DNA of 64,000 nt from Ministeria vibrans ATCC 50519 (GCA_943704425.1 CALSCP010002426.1:1-64000), one strand, 5' to 3'. Shown: positions 1 to 18,062, numbered from the stretch's first letter. The notes: generated from the letters alone by a model not told the origin. Made by a program: numbers and translations.

Positions 1-457
1 CACCTTGCTTGGGGATATTGCTTATGCACATGAATTCGTTTCTGTTTCTGCAACCCTCCCTCTCGCGATCGTGCTTTTGAAGGAAAACTCGGGTCTAGTA
101 TCAATTCACACCCCTTATAGGCTACAGCTAGAAGTAGAGGTAACGTTGACACTAGGGGAAGCCGGATGCATACCGTAATTGTTCGGAATAAAAGTATTAG
201 AAAAACTAGGTCCGCTTTTTGGTCAGGTTGAGACAGTTATTTATAAATTGATTTTCCAGTGATCACTCTAGTCTATAAGACAGGTTACAGCCTCACAGGT
301 GTGAGGTGTCACTGAGGTGAGTATGATGTAATAGGTATGATGTTGTGTATTATGTGATTCATGTATGAGTATTGAATGATCTTTCTGATATCAGAGTCCT
401 ACGCTTTTGGGAGTTTGTCAAATGTCAACTGCTATACAATTATACATTCTTTTCGCC

Positions 458-2128
458 ATGGCCAACTTTCGGTCCACCTACTACGCGACACTTGGGTTCA
501 AGAACGTCTCGGTACGGCATTTGCTGAGTCCAGCTTTCGAAATTGACGCTCATTCATTTCCACAGATTGATCGCGAGTTTGAAATTCTTCTTCGCGAATC
601 GGATGTCGGTAAGCTGCTGACGCATCTCTCCTCCTCACGTGTAGCCGTACACCTACCCTTGTCTTTGCGGTAGATATTGACCGCCTTCGCCGACTGTGCG
701 CTCTCTACGGCGTTTCCAACGTCTACCGGCCCATCGTCCACAAGCTGCTCATCGGCTACCTGCCGTCGCACCAGGCCGCCTGGGCCTACACGACCGTGCA
801 GAGGATAGAGGAGTGGCGAATGCTACATGCTGCCGCGCTGCTCATTGCGCCGCAACACCCACAGCGGTACCAGTGCGTGTGCGACAGTGTGTCGTGTCTG
901 ACTATCATGTTTTCATGTTCGTTTGTGTGCACAGACAATTGACCAGTGCACTTCTTCTCGACTGCTACCTGCTTTCACTAGGCTTCTATGGCTTTGTTGA
1001 TCCTCCCGCAAAGGTAACAGGTTAAACGTTGGCTCTGTGACTACACTCTCAACACATTGGGTTCTCTGTGTCACAGCGACTGAACGACTCTCCCGATTTC
1101 CCCGCCATCCAACTGCTCTGTGACGCCATCAGCGCTCTCTACCAAACACCATCGCACAGTGACACAGACGACAGCGACGACGACGAGGGCTATCCTGCAC
1201 CCGACTTCTCCGCTGCACTCCATCTCCTCAAATACGCTCTCTCCTCAGTCGACTCGTCGCTCTCCTGTCCCACCACATTCAAACCGGCTCACCCGCGAAA
1301 CTGGTCCTTGGAGCTTAAAATGCTTGCTGATTTATTACAGTTCAGGCGAAAAAGAAAAAGAAAAACGGACAGAGCGGAGGGAAAAAGAAACAAATTACTA
1401 ATAGAGAGAGACTAAAACACCACTGTTTCTCATTCTAGACGCGAAGAGAAAGAGTTGTTTGAACATTTAAGAGACCTTGAAGTGTCTATTAAATCATTTG
1501 CAGAGCGGTACAAAAGATCATTCTTGGAACCATAAAACGCGATACAAACTGATACAAACCGACCCTGTGTTTTTCACTTTACAGGTGGTTTGACACCCTC
1601 TTCTGTTGTACTGTGCTCGAGCACACTGCACACACACCCACGACACCATTGTCGATTAATCATCGCCAACGCAACATGCTTCAGAGACTCCTTGATCGCT
1701 CAATGACCCGGGATCCACGTAAAATCTTGCGTTTAATCGATGCTTCCTGGTTTTTATCTTCTCTCCCTCCCCAAATTGCTCACTTTATACTCTCACAGTT
1801 ATTGTCGCTATTATATATACGCTGAGTTTCAACTCATGCTATGACTCCCGCTACCGCTCTCTCTCCCTCTCTATTTCTCTCTCGCTCTCTCTCTCTCCCT
1901 CTCACACACACACACACACAATTGTCTTGTCCTCCAATAGGCACCAATGCGTGTGTCGCAGTGGCAGTACTACGAGTGAGCCGGCACACTCTGCTTGCCA
2001 CACACACTGCACAGGCAGTCCAAACACTACTTAGTGCCCCTCTCTCGCGTATCCCCTCTCTTACTGAATCAGACGACGACTTGCTCTTTGAAGCAGTGTC
2101 AGAATTGTATGCGGAAGCAAAACTGTAA
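458..2128 (+). CDS. TBC1D7: TBC1 domain family member 7 (TSC complex subunit), multi-exon
   Basis: Spliced product MANFRSTYYATLGFKNVS-IDREFEILLRES-DIDRLRRLCALYGVSNVYRPIVHKLLIGYLP...RWFDTLFCC...VAVAVL matches the TBC1D7 pattern NFRSxYYxKxGF / EILL / YRxxVWKxLLGxLP / WFxxxF. Stop at 2126-2128. Confidence 0.85.
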
Positions 2129-2158
2129 TGTAGTTTAACAACAACCAAAAAATCAAGT

Positions 2159-4255
2159 TCAGACGTCAATGCGAAGAGCGCGCAAACATTCAGCGGCAGC
2201 ACGAGAGCCAGTGCCCACCATGCTCTTCAAAATGGCCACAACACTCGCATCGCGCACTGCACTCGCATACGGACCCTCCTCCTCTGCAGTTGCACCATTA
2301 CTACTGTTGGTCTTGTGGCGTGCCATTCCTGTGAGTGCCTGTGCCGCCTCTTCACGCGCATTCACAACCGACACAAGCACTGCTGCGAGCGCCGCTACGC
2401 CTCCCTCCGCAAAGACCGTCTCGGCCACTCGTGCGTCAGTCACAAGACGACCCAGCGCACCGCAACTCCACGCCTTGGTTCTACCGTCAGACAGGAGAGA
2501 GTGAGTGAGACACGACGAAACAACAAAAGTGATGGACTGCTCTCACAAAAAAACACAAACACACATACAACACATAAATGCAACAATACATATAACTATC
2601 ATTATTATCATATTTAAATTCTGTACGTACGAGGGGGTCGCCGAGCCCTTGATAGTGTTGAGTAGTGGAACATGGGCGTCCAGTTGGATCATCTTCGTGA
2701 CTGCCTGAGGCTCAAGTGCAATGTTCCACAGTGCACCTGCGATCTGTTCCCGACACCTCGCACTGATTCCCTCCTGTGAAAAAAAAAAAAAAAAAAAACA
2801 TTGACAGGCCTCTTATATACCAATATCGTCGTACTGTGGTGTTCATAAGCGAAATGAGTCTCGCAAGAATACCCTTCTCAATGAGCAGCGGACGGTTGAC
2901 GGACGAGACGGCAAGTGCCCTTAGAGCACCGACCGCCCACTCACGTGTGAGCGCATGCGACTCGTCAAGCAACAAAAGAAGTCCGTCGACCCCGCCACTC
3001 TCCACAATCTCCACCTGTAGCTTGTCCAGGATGGCGAGGTTCCACAGGGCCGCAGCCGCCTGACGCCGTACGTCCTCAAAGGGGTCAGCCAGCAGACGCA
3101 CCAGGGGCGCTGTGCCGCCCGCCTCTGAGATCCGCGCGCGCGCATCATCTGTGCACGCCAGTCCTCGCAGCTTCTGCACCACTTTCAAGCGTTCGTCGTT
3201 GTCGCTGGTTGTCGTGAGTTTCGACACAAGCGTCGCAATATCGTCCACCGTGCACCGGTCAAGTTCGTCCATGCGACTCGTCTTGGGCGTCGACGGAGCA
3301 CTTCGTGTCACGGTCTTGCTGCGACGCGATCGTTTCGGTGACTCAAATGTCGTTGTCGTCGTCGTCGTCGCCGCCGCCGCCGCCGCGGTAGTATTGCTTG
3401 ATGTGGTCTTTGAAGACAAGCCGGCCGCTTCACCATGCTCATCGTTGTGTTTCACCGTCGCAGCTGCGTTGGCAGGCATAGCATTGGATGCAGAAACAGC
3501 AGCAAGAGCCGCTGTGGCAGCTTTTTCGGCAGCTTTAGCGCGCTTGGCGTCTTCAATCGACGAAGCCGCAGCCTTCTCCGCGTCCACAGCTCGCACTGAG
3601 AGCGACTCAATCTCCGCGCGAAGCCCATCACTCGCACGTTCCAACGCATCCGCTCGACCCGTCGCCTCGCGTGCCGACTTCTTCGCTGCACCCTCGGCCT
3701 CAATCGAGTCCTGCAGTTGGCCCAACAGCGTTGTGTTTTGCGTGCGCAGTTCGGCAATGGTCGCTTCCTGCGCAACAAACATTTGCTCGCTATAACAATG
3801 ACAATAATAATAAAACGAAGAAGAAGAAGAAAAGAAGAAGAAAAAAAAACCAATGTTGAGTTTTCAGGGCGGGAATCATTGCTGCTCTCGTCGACACATA
3901 CAATGACTCGATTTTGGCGGTGAGGGACGCTTGGATTTCGTGTGCATTGCGATTCTCCCTTTCAATGTTGCCATGCGATTTGTGCAAATCGCCCGCTCCT
4001 GCCGCCGCCGAGGCCCCTGACGCCGGCCCGGACGCGCTGCTGCTCCCAGGGTCCTTAGGGGTCGGTCTCACGGGGCGCATCTGGCGTTGTAAGCGGAGGG
4101 TTTGTCGACAATGGAGAAGTTGATACAATTCAAGAGTGTGTTACCTTGTCAAGAAGTGCACTCGCTGCAAACGCAGCCAGAGGAGCCGAGCCATAGATGA
4201 CGCGAGGCCCTAGCTTGACCACAAGAGCACTGACGGTACCCGCCAAGTCCGACAT
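2159..4255 (-). CDS. Coiled-coil plus armadillo-repeat protein, multi-exon
   Basis: ATG at 4255 (MSDLAGTV...); Ala/Glu-rich heptads in ORF 2712-3782; ARM repeats EAGGTAPLVRLL..AAAALWNLA, ESGGVDGLLLLL..AVGALRALA and AEGGVAALAAVL; GT-AG introns. Confidence 0.75.
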
Positions 4256-4460
4256 CACAATAATTATGAGTTTTGAAACATTTTGTTATTTGTATTTTGA
4301 GTGACTTGACGAGTATTTTTGAGTTCAATGATATGGTCGTCGCTCAATAGTCAATACAGACTCCGCGGGTAGCGCAATCATTACTGATCACTCTGCATCA
4401 GGGAAAAGCTCTCTTTACTCTAACTCCAAAGTAAATTTAAAATGTTTACTTCATGTTTGT

Positions 4461-5823
4461 TTACTCGATGAGTCGGACACATTTCACCAGGAGGGGTGCA
4501 ATGGGCTCCTGCACGCCAACCAAGTGCAGGGGGGAGGGGGATGGAGGGCTTGCTGTGCTCGTGTTCAGCGACAGATCAAACTGTCGCAATGTTAGAGCCA
4601 CAAATTCGCACATTTCAAATAGAGCAAACCACCTAGTAGGAAGGAAGATCAATTAATTTTGCATCTTCGACACGCTTGCGCGAGACAAGTAGTAAGACAG
4701 AGAGTGTATTGTATGTATGTATCAAACATGTGTGTATGCACCACTAATGAGTGTGTTGTCATGAGTGCGCAGTACATATAATATTAATTATTAAGAAAAT
4801 TTACCGTCCTGGGCACTGGAATCGCCCTCCACCGAAACCAACAAATCCATTAATAAATTTCCGGTTTTCTAGATTTGCCGATAGCCATCGATCCTATATA
4901 AGAAATAATTGTATGAATATAATAATTGATTATAATTATTATTATAATAATAATTATTGTGTTATAATATTATTATAATATTGTATAATAATAACGTCTT
5001 ATTTTTAAGTATTGTGTATGTGTTTTGAAATCGAACCGGCACAAACTCGTTTGCGTTGGGGAAAATGCGCTCGTTTCGGTGAGTCCAAAAGGGAGAAATC
5101 ATCAAAAAATCACCCGCAGGAATTGTATAAGCGCCAATCTAAATCAGAGAGACGAAGATTGCAACGACAATGAGTGAGTGAGCGACATACCATGCATGAA
5201 TGGACAGGAATATTATAATTAGTACACATAGGAAGTCGGGACATTTCGAAAGTAACATTGATATTAATTAATAATGATTATTGGTATTATTATTAATAAT
5301 AATAAGAAGAAGAATACAACCCATTTATTAATAATAATAATAACAATACCTTTTGAGGGGATCTAAGTCTGCGGGGTATCGTTCCGGGAGATCGCAGGCG
5401 GATTGCCTCGAGAACGCAGCGACGGATGAGAGGATAGGAAAATGACTCGACAGAACAGTCACTGGACACACTTTGTGCTTCTATTCGCGCCTGCAATAAT
5501 AATAAGACTGTGTAGCAAACCTCTCCGATTTTCTTTTTTTAATACAACCCATTAATATTCATGATACAGTTGTTCAGGTCCAGTACAACAAAAGCACAAA
5601 TACAATTAATTTACCTGTTTGAGAATGTCGGGGTGGTGAAGAATAAAGGAAAGAGCCCAAAAGGATGCGGGGATACTGTTGGCCTAATTATAAAAGTTTA
5701 TGATGAGGCCACAATAATTACAATAATTTTTGAATAATAATACGGTCTTACGATTATAATAATAATAATAATAAGAAGAAGAAGAATACAACCCATTTAA
5801 TAATAATAATAATGATAATAATG

Positions 5824-5862
<39 letters not shown>

Positions 5863-7093
5863 TATTAATATTATATTTTTTTAATTTTGTATGTACCTGA
5901 GAGGCCCAGAGGAGCATCAACAGAAAATTTGGTGTGGAGCTGTCGTCTGCAGCCAGAGTCACTGCCTTCATAACATCCTCAGTACTGGGCTCTTTGGGTG
6001 CAGAATTGGAAGACGCACTAGGTAGTACGTTTACACCAAGCATGCATCATAAGGAGTCAAATTCATTAATAATTAATATCGGGTCAATTAATTCTCTTTG
6101 CCTTACGTCTTCTGCACACGCGCTGCAACCTCTTCAAAGACACGTAACAGAAAGCGCTTGCTTTTGGCCCATGTCGGAAGAAGCAGTTCTGGCAACTGTG
6201 TGCTGAACTCAAAGTCTCTGTCGTACGCGTAGAAATGCTCAAAGAGCGCCTCACGTCGCGACTCCACCGTCTCCCGCCCAAACAAAGACTCCACCGCACC
6301 ATTGAAGAGCGTTTTGCGCACAAACTGCAGCAAATCCATCGAGTCCGAAGATTCAACCTTGGCCATTTCTGCTGCAAAGCACTCGCGCAGTCGTGGTCCG
6401 AAAGGTCCTTGATGTTATTATACAATAATAATAGTATAATTATTACCCAGCCAGGAGGGCAATTTCTCAGAAGTTTACCTAATTTGGACGGAGCGAGCTC
6501 CCTTTTCATCTGATCGTGAATGTCCTTGTGCACACGAAGGAATGAGGCGCGCGGAATACCGGCGGCTTGCTCTGTGAAAGGTTGCACTGCGTCTTGAAAC
6601 GAAAATTCAGGCTCGTTTTTGAGCACTCTCTGAATGTCGGTCGGGTCCATCACAAACGTTATGTTTCGTCCAGCAACGTACAACGTAAAGATGTTCCCAA
6701 GTTCTTTGTGTGCCTGTTGTGTGTCATAAGCGAGGGATATATATATATATTTATATATATATATATATATATATCGATGAAGTAGAGAGACCAACCCACA
6801 GAGAATGAGTGAGGAGAAAAGGAAGCTTTTTCTCATGGAAGAAACTTACATTGCGAATATAGTCGAGGGGCGCGCCTCCAAATTCAATCGCCACTCCAAG
6901 AAAGGGAATCCAACCACACCGACGAGGCGGTCTACAAAGCGAGTGGGTACAAACAGCCGGGAATTCAACCCGATGAGAAAGCTAATGTATTTTACGCATT
7001 TGGTCGTCTCAGGCGCTCCATCACAAAATAGGCCACTGTTAAAGCACCGACAGACGCTGTCAATATAGTACTAATAGTAGGAGTAGCGAGCAT
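4461..7093 (-). CDS. CYP39A1: Cytochrome P450, CYP7 clan, CYP39A1-like (oxysterol 7-alpha-hydroxylase)
   Basis: N-terminal anchor, then PPRRCGWIPFLGVAIEFGGAPLDYI; YDRDFEFSTQLPELLLPTWAKSK; I-helix PNFLLMLLWASQ; ExxR in CVLEAIRLRSPG; heme motif FGGGRFQCPGRWFALFE (4805-4860 joined to ~4640); C-terminal LHLVGVQEP. All co-linear with CYP39A1. Confidence 0.88.
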
Positions 7094-9136
7094 GATGTAG
7101 GTCTCAATATAAATGAAAATACGCAAAGAATAAAGAATTTGTCATGAGTAATAATAATAAATCACTCGTTGGGCTAATCGTGCACTCCTGGGTTCATCTC
7201 GCTCAGAAATTAGACCACCCATCGCCGTCATCTGCTTGCGTCTTCCGCCATCAATTCATCACTGCCTACCTACCTAGTACCTACCTAGCAGTAATAATAC
7301 GACAGCATCGCACTCACCACTCTCTTGCTTGAGCCTCTCCGTGTTAGCGCTCGTTCGACATTGTAACCTTATTATTCTGAATTTCAAATTTACGTGTAGT
7401 CGTGTACACCGCGTCACGACAGCGCCAGACCGTCAGTAAGTCGATCCATTGTTTGAATCTGGGAAACGTCAAAACGACGGTTTCGTCCAAGTGAGCGGGA
7501 GCAAGCGATATTCACAAAATATTCACCCAGGATTATCTTTCATAATTATTAATAATAATAAATAATTTTATTTTTCAGCTTTCCGATGATATTCAACGTC
7601 TTTCTGTTATGATAATTCGTAATTGTAAAAATTAAAAAAAAATACTGTTCTTTCTTCTTTTGTGAACGACCTTCCTTCCCACGTCGTCTCTCAAGAGAAG
7701 CGCCTCCATGAACAGAAGATCAACAAAGCGCTTGTCGCTGGCCCCAGAGAAACATCCTCAAAAAACCTGATGAAACGGAACTGATGGCTGTGCGTGTGTG
7801 CGTGCGTGCGTGTGTGTGTGTGTGTGTGCGTGTGTGTCGAAGGCGATGCGTTTTGCAGCGGAGAGAGTGCGTGCATGTCGCGAAAAGGGAGCAAACGCGA
7901 GTGTGTGGAGCAGAGAAAGCAATCGGAGTGTTTCGCACCTGTTGCTCGCGTTTGTTTGGGGCTTTGGACAATCGAGGTGTGCAAGGGCGGTGCCCTCGAT
8001 GGGTGTGCCACTGTGTCCCTGAGAAGGCTCTTCTCCTTCTCTATGGATGATTGACGCAGGCGTTCTTTCGAGGACGTTCCTCCCATCGCTGTTTGCTGCC
8101 AGCACGGCCCGCGGCATCCCCCGCGCGGCCGTGTCAGGGGCGACAGCAATGGGATCTGTTGTCAGTCTAACCCTAAGAACAGCGTTGTGTATATTTTGTG
8201 ATGTTTTTTTTTTTGGGTGTGCTCCATTGTGTTCGTGATGGGCTCGTCGATGCACTGCTCGGTGCAAACATCGCCACTTGCCCCTCCCCCCGCTTTGCCA
8301 CATGGGTTTGCTGCCTTTCACCTTCTGTGTTGTGTTTTTCCTATGTTTCCAGTGCATTTGTGGGGTCGTTTTTCTGTCGTTGGCGCTTGGCGCAGCCTTG
8401 TGTGTGTGGGGGGCGGGCGGCGGTGGTGTGGGGTGTGTTTGTGCTGTGGCCTTGGCATCATTGCACCCCAACGTGCACTCACGACGATGGATTTGTGTAT
8501 GTGTGTGTGTGTGTTGAAAAATGACCCGTGAAATGCACTTTTGGGCTACCCAAAGGTTGCAAATGGACGCAAGCAATGCGAGACTGGTTGAAAAAACAGG
8601 GAAGGGTGTGGGCTGCACGCGTTGTAGCGCCTTGTTGATCGTTATGTGCTTTCGGCACACGACACATCTTCAAAGAGGTACAATAAGCACTCAGCACACA
8701 CTCACCACAAAGACACAAAGATACATACAACATCCACTCACTACCTATCTCACTCACCACACAGCACACACACACACAAAAAAAAAGAAAAAGAAATCGC
8801 ACTTTCCTAATAATGGGCTAATCCATTGCGCGAGCGCGGCTCTTGTGTCCGCAATGCGTTTATACGGCACCTCTGGCAGCAGACCTGCCGTGGACGTGTC
8901 TCTCTCTTAAGCCTACGCTCCGTGATTGTTTTTTTTTTGACTCTTTCGTTTTCTCTTGTCCAGCAAAAGGCTCACAACGCTGGCATCCCGGTCCATCTGC
9001 TGCGCCAGGGCGAGAAGCGGTCAGTCAGCCTGATGCTGGGTCTTTCGGGTACGTCGTGTGCATCTGTGTTCATTTTGGGTCCCAAATCGACACAAAGTTC
9101 GGCAGTGCGGACGACAGTGCGGCTGTTGGAGCTGCA

Positions 9137-9510
9137 TCCTTGCTTGCGTCCTGGCTTGTGTCTTTGCTTGCGTCCTGGCTTGCGTCCTTGCTTGCGTCCT
9201 TGCTTGCGTCCTTGCTTGCGTCCTGGCTTGTGTCTTTGCTTGCGTTCTTGCTTGCGTCCTGGCTTGTGTTCTTGCTTGTGTCCTTGCTTGCGTCCTGGCT
9301 TGTGTCTTTGCTTGCGTCCTGGCTTGTGTCTTTGCTTGCGTCCTGGCTTGTGTCTTTGCTTGCGTCCTGGCTTGTGTCTTTGCTTGCGTTCTTGCTTGCG
9401 TTCTTGCTTGCGTTCTTGCTTGTGTCTTTGCTTGTGTCCTTGCTTGCGCCCTGGCTTGCGTCCTTGCTTGCGTCCTTGCTTGCGTCTTGGCTTGTGTCTT
9501 GGCTTGTGTC
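9137..9510. repeat. 12-bp minisatellite, about 31 units (consensus TCYTKGCTTGYG)
   Basis: Read directly as alternating tccttgcttgcg / tcctggcttgtg / tctttgcttgcg. Explains the periodic ORFs in all six frames. Confidence 0.95.
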
Positions 9511-9926
9511 TCGAGCGACTTGCATTTGTTTGTGCATGTCTGGCACAGTCTGGCGTGTGCGTATTGGTCTTTTGATGTTGACATCTCTTTCGTCTTGTTT
9601 CCTTTGCAGCGGTGGTTGCGGGTTGTGCCATCTATGGTCTTGGCTCCATGGCCTTGGGCGTCAACAAGAAGGCATAAAAGAATTCTTTGCAATACAAACC
9701 TTAACAGTAAAAAGATACATTTCTGATTTCACACTGCACAGTTTAGACGTGAGGTCAACAGTAAACACTCAGCAGTCAGTGCAATAACTTCGAGTTAGGC
9801 TGCCCAGTGACAAATACGTAATAAGTGATCCAGTTGCTTATTACCATGTCAGTTGGGCTAGGGCACAGTGTCTGGGCAATAAAGAGTAAAGGCAGTTTCT
9901 CTTTTTCATAACAAAAATTGAATAAC

Positions 9927-9965
<39 letters not shown>

Positions 9966-9977
9966 TTTTATTCATCG

Positions 9978-11968
9978 ATGACTTCACTGCACTACAAGGC
10001 ACAACTCGACTCGATCCAAGACTTACGCCAATCCTCCGCCGACCGATACTTGGAACGTCGACAAAGACGCATCGATGCAATCGAGCTTGCGGATCAACGT
10101 CGCCGGCACCTCCTGCAGTACAGGTAGTAACGGCGACCACAGCCACCCAATTCAAATAATCCCCTCCTTCGATGTAGGCTTGATCTGAGCACAAATGCTG
10201 CCGCAGCGACCGAGCGAAACAAGTATTTGCTGCTGTCTATTGCAAGGGCAGTCGAAAAGGGTCAGAAATGCGTCGCTTACGTCGACAATCCGTCGCCGGC
10301 GTTTCAAAATGCCTATTCAAATTTCAATTCGATGGCACAGTCGCTCGCATGCGCCACCGCCGCCCGCAATGAGGCCCCTCCTCCACCAACAGTGTCGACG
10401 TCGGCACATCGACCACTCCGCCGGCTCGCAAACAGCACGGCGGGAGAATCTCCAGCCGACGTGGAGACGGCACAATCGCTACGCCGCCCCCGTCGCCGTC
10501 GCGACATACCTGCAGCGCCGGTGGCGCCCATGCGCGTCGCCGTAGTCAACGTGTCGCCCCTTCACCACGAGACGGTCGCTCACAAACGCTCCATGTCGCC
10601 CGTGAAAGATCGTGCGGTCAACGTGTCGTCTACCCCCCCACCATCGTCCACAAAGGCAACGGCCATCCGCGTCGCCTCGCGCACACCGGTAGAGCACGAG
10701 CAGGCCGGGCAGCACACTGAGCACAGTCGACGACATTCCATGGACATGGGCACGCTGGTGAGTCTCTTTGCCGCCGTTGAGGACGCATGCGACGTCACCT
10801 GTGCCGGCCTGTACTCCAAAGAGTGTTCCGAGGAAGTCCGAACGCACATTCTTCAGACGACCGCGCGCGACACATTTTCACCCCATGAGCTCGCCCATGC
10901 CGCACGCGACGCCGTCTCGCAATATATCGACGACCATGAACTCGTGATCCTGCCGACTGCCCTTGTGGACGCTGCGAATGACGCTGTGCATGCAGCACTG
11001 CCGAGCGCGGACGAGCACGAGCAGACACTCACTACGACGGCGGTTGCTTTGTGGCGCTGTGTGGTGCTGCACATTGCGCAACTGGTGCACGAATGCCGTC
11101 TTGCACCTCGTCCTCTCGTGCACGCTCTTGCCTCTGCTCTGCTCCCCCGCACTCTTCGAGGCCAACCTGGCTCCCACCTCAACACCCTCTGCGTCTCGTT
11201 GCTTGCTCGTGGCGTCGCCGACGCAGTCCTTGCCAGCAGCCGTCACTCTACCACTGCCGCCGGTGACGTATCTCATGTCGACCGAGATGCACTCGAACAG
11301 CTGAAGATCGACGAGCACCTCCGGCTAAGTCGATCCCAGAGCGCGGCCAGGAGCACGCCGGTGATTCACGCGCAACTCGCGTCCGAGTCCACGGACTCAC
11401 CCGTGTCGACACACTCTCTTTCGTTTGACTCCCATCGCAATGGGGGTGGAACCAGTCTTGAGCTCAGCGATCTGAGCATTGTCTCACCCCAACGCGATCC
11501 CGTTGTGGTTGTCACGCCCCTCTCGGTGCCCCTCTCCGAGCTCACTGTCCAGTCGCCCGCCTTCACGTATACGCATATTCAGTTATTCACCCGCCCTCTA
11601 ATTCTTTTATATTGATTATTACTGTTATTAATTTTTCTTGATCTACATCTTTGCGCAGGACGCGTCCATCTCTGCTCCATTCGCTCTACACTGGTGACGA
11701 CCACAGCGACAGCGACAACGGCAGCAGCGACGATGAGCGTCCAGTCGGCCTTGACCCTCTCCCCCCTATCTCCCTGCATGGCAGTCTTGATAGCGTCGAC
11801 TCCGACTCGGATCGCGACTTCCTTCGCCGCCGAAGACAGCTCTCCACCAGTCCCCACCGCAACAGTGATGTTGCCCTCACTGTGCCTCCCTCCAATCGTA
11901 CCTACAACGCATCGACCGCCGAGCGCAACGACGACGACGACAGCGACGCATGGGGCAGTGACTTTTGA
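9978..11968 (+). CDS. Kizuna-like centrosomal protein (N-terminal coiled coil, central helical domain, acidic tail), 3 exons
   Basis: MTSLHYKAQLDSIQDLRQSSADR...AATERNKYLL resembles the Kizuna N-terminus (YYxxxxxLQxxLRDSExxR...AxxRNxxxL); central helical domain in ORF 10227-11615; C-terminal DDDDSDAWGSDF. Introns at ~10124-10177 and ~11567-11658. Confidence 0.5.
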
Positions 11969-12119
11969 ACCTGTGGCAAACATCACGACATTTGCTTTCA
12001 TTACTGTACAAAATAGAAATAAGGATAATGAGGCACAAATGAAATATACGAGAGAAAGACAGGGAGCGAGATAGGAAGAGCGTAGAGTTAACAACGTGAT
12101 ACAGAGACGAGGAGACACT

Positions 12120-16837
<4,718 letters not shown>

Positions 16838-17368
16838 GTTGGCAAGCGTCGACGAGCGGCGAGGGCAAAGAGCCGACTTTTTGCACTACGTCACCGTCAA
16901 GAGAACCCCAAAAACGCAAAAACGAAGGCGAGTGCGAGACACAGAGTAGGACACCCAGACACTCAAGTTCACTCTGCACGCAGTGCAGTAGGTCCTAGTT
17001 CGTTCCGCTGTCAAATTATAATAAAATATATAAATTGATAAAATTATTAATAATAATAATTGACTTTATTTTTGCGAGTTGCGACTCATGGCTGTTGAGA
17101 ATGGAGACTTCTGCAACTTTTGAGTGTTCTCCAACTGTTTAGTGCAGCCTGTACCACGTGTGTGTGTACTGACTACTGACTGCACTCATTGCGTGAATAC
17201 CATCTCACTTCATTCGGTGCATCATCGACATTGTGAGGCTGAGTCGCTTGGTGTTACTCGATAGAAACTTTGGATATACTATTATTTTAAGGTCACATGG
17301 AAGACATGTTCAGATTGTGTATTTATTTTTCATTTGGTGATGATGTTTTTGTTGTTTTGTGGACTACT

Positions 17369-18062
17369 TTAAATGGCACTTGCAAAGGTACCCTCCTCTC
17401 GCTGCTCATCCCATTTGGTGTACTAAACGAGAGAGGAGAATGAGATAGGCACACCAGCACAACACACACACACACACACACAATGGTAGTAGCAAAGACA
17501 AGGCTGAGACACACCGCTCCCGTGCACAACAGACGCACACACACATAGCGATCATTTAGGGAGTGAGAGTAGTCTGCCCTCGCACAATTCGACTTACCCA
17601 TGATTCGGGGCACAGAGAGAGGTAGGCGGCCTTGAACTTCTTGCAACCCTTGTAGTCTTCGCCCTTAGCCTTGACACACTTGTGGAAGTCGACGTATTGC
17701 TGCCAGCAGTGCTGTGTGACAGGAGATAAGTTAGAAAAATTGTCAACGCTCATTTTTTCCCTTTTCAAAGACAAAATATTGAAAAAATCAGAGTCGAAGA
17801 AGCAGAATGACGCCAAAACGTGAGCATGTTCGCCCAACACGGCAACAGGGCAGTGATTTTGGACCAGTGTGAAAAAAAGATTTTTTTTTTTCTCTTTCGT
17901 AAATTGTTCGCCTTCTTCATCGAAGAAGTGCGTGCGGTTCCTTGCTGGGAGAGAGGGCGAGAGCCACATGGGAGCATTCAGGCGTACCTTGGTCTGATTT
18001 GTGTTGGGGAATCTTGCGTTAAACTGCACCGTTTGAAGTTTGATCTCCGACGTTTCCGACAT
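17369..18062 (-). CDS. COX6B: Cytochrome c oxidase subunit 6B (Cox12), 3 exons
   Basis: ARFPNTNQTK/HCWQQYVDFHKCVKAKGEDYKGCKKFKAAYLSLCPESW/YTKWDEQREEGTFASAI*; Cx9C-Cx10C motif. Confidence 0.95.

Noticed and set aside
1-400. Open minus-strand frame and ATGATG...CTGA words at the left edge
   Set aside because: No start codon or recognisable homology, and imperfect C boxes without a terminal stem.
9137-9510. CRISPR-like array
   Set aside because: No unique spacers, a eukaryotic context and no cas genes.
8826-9787. Six overlapping ORFs across the 12-bp repeat
   Set aside because: The repeat unit has no stop codon in any frame, so these ORFs are not evidence of coding.
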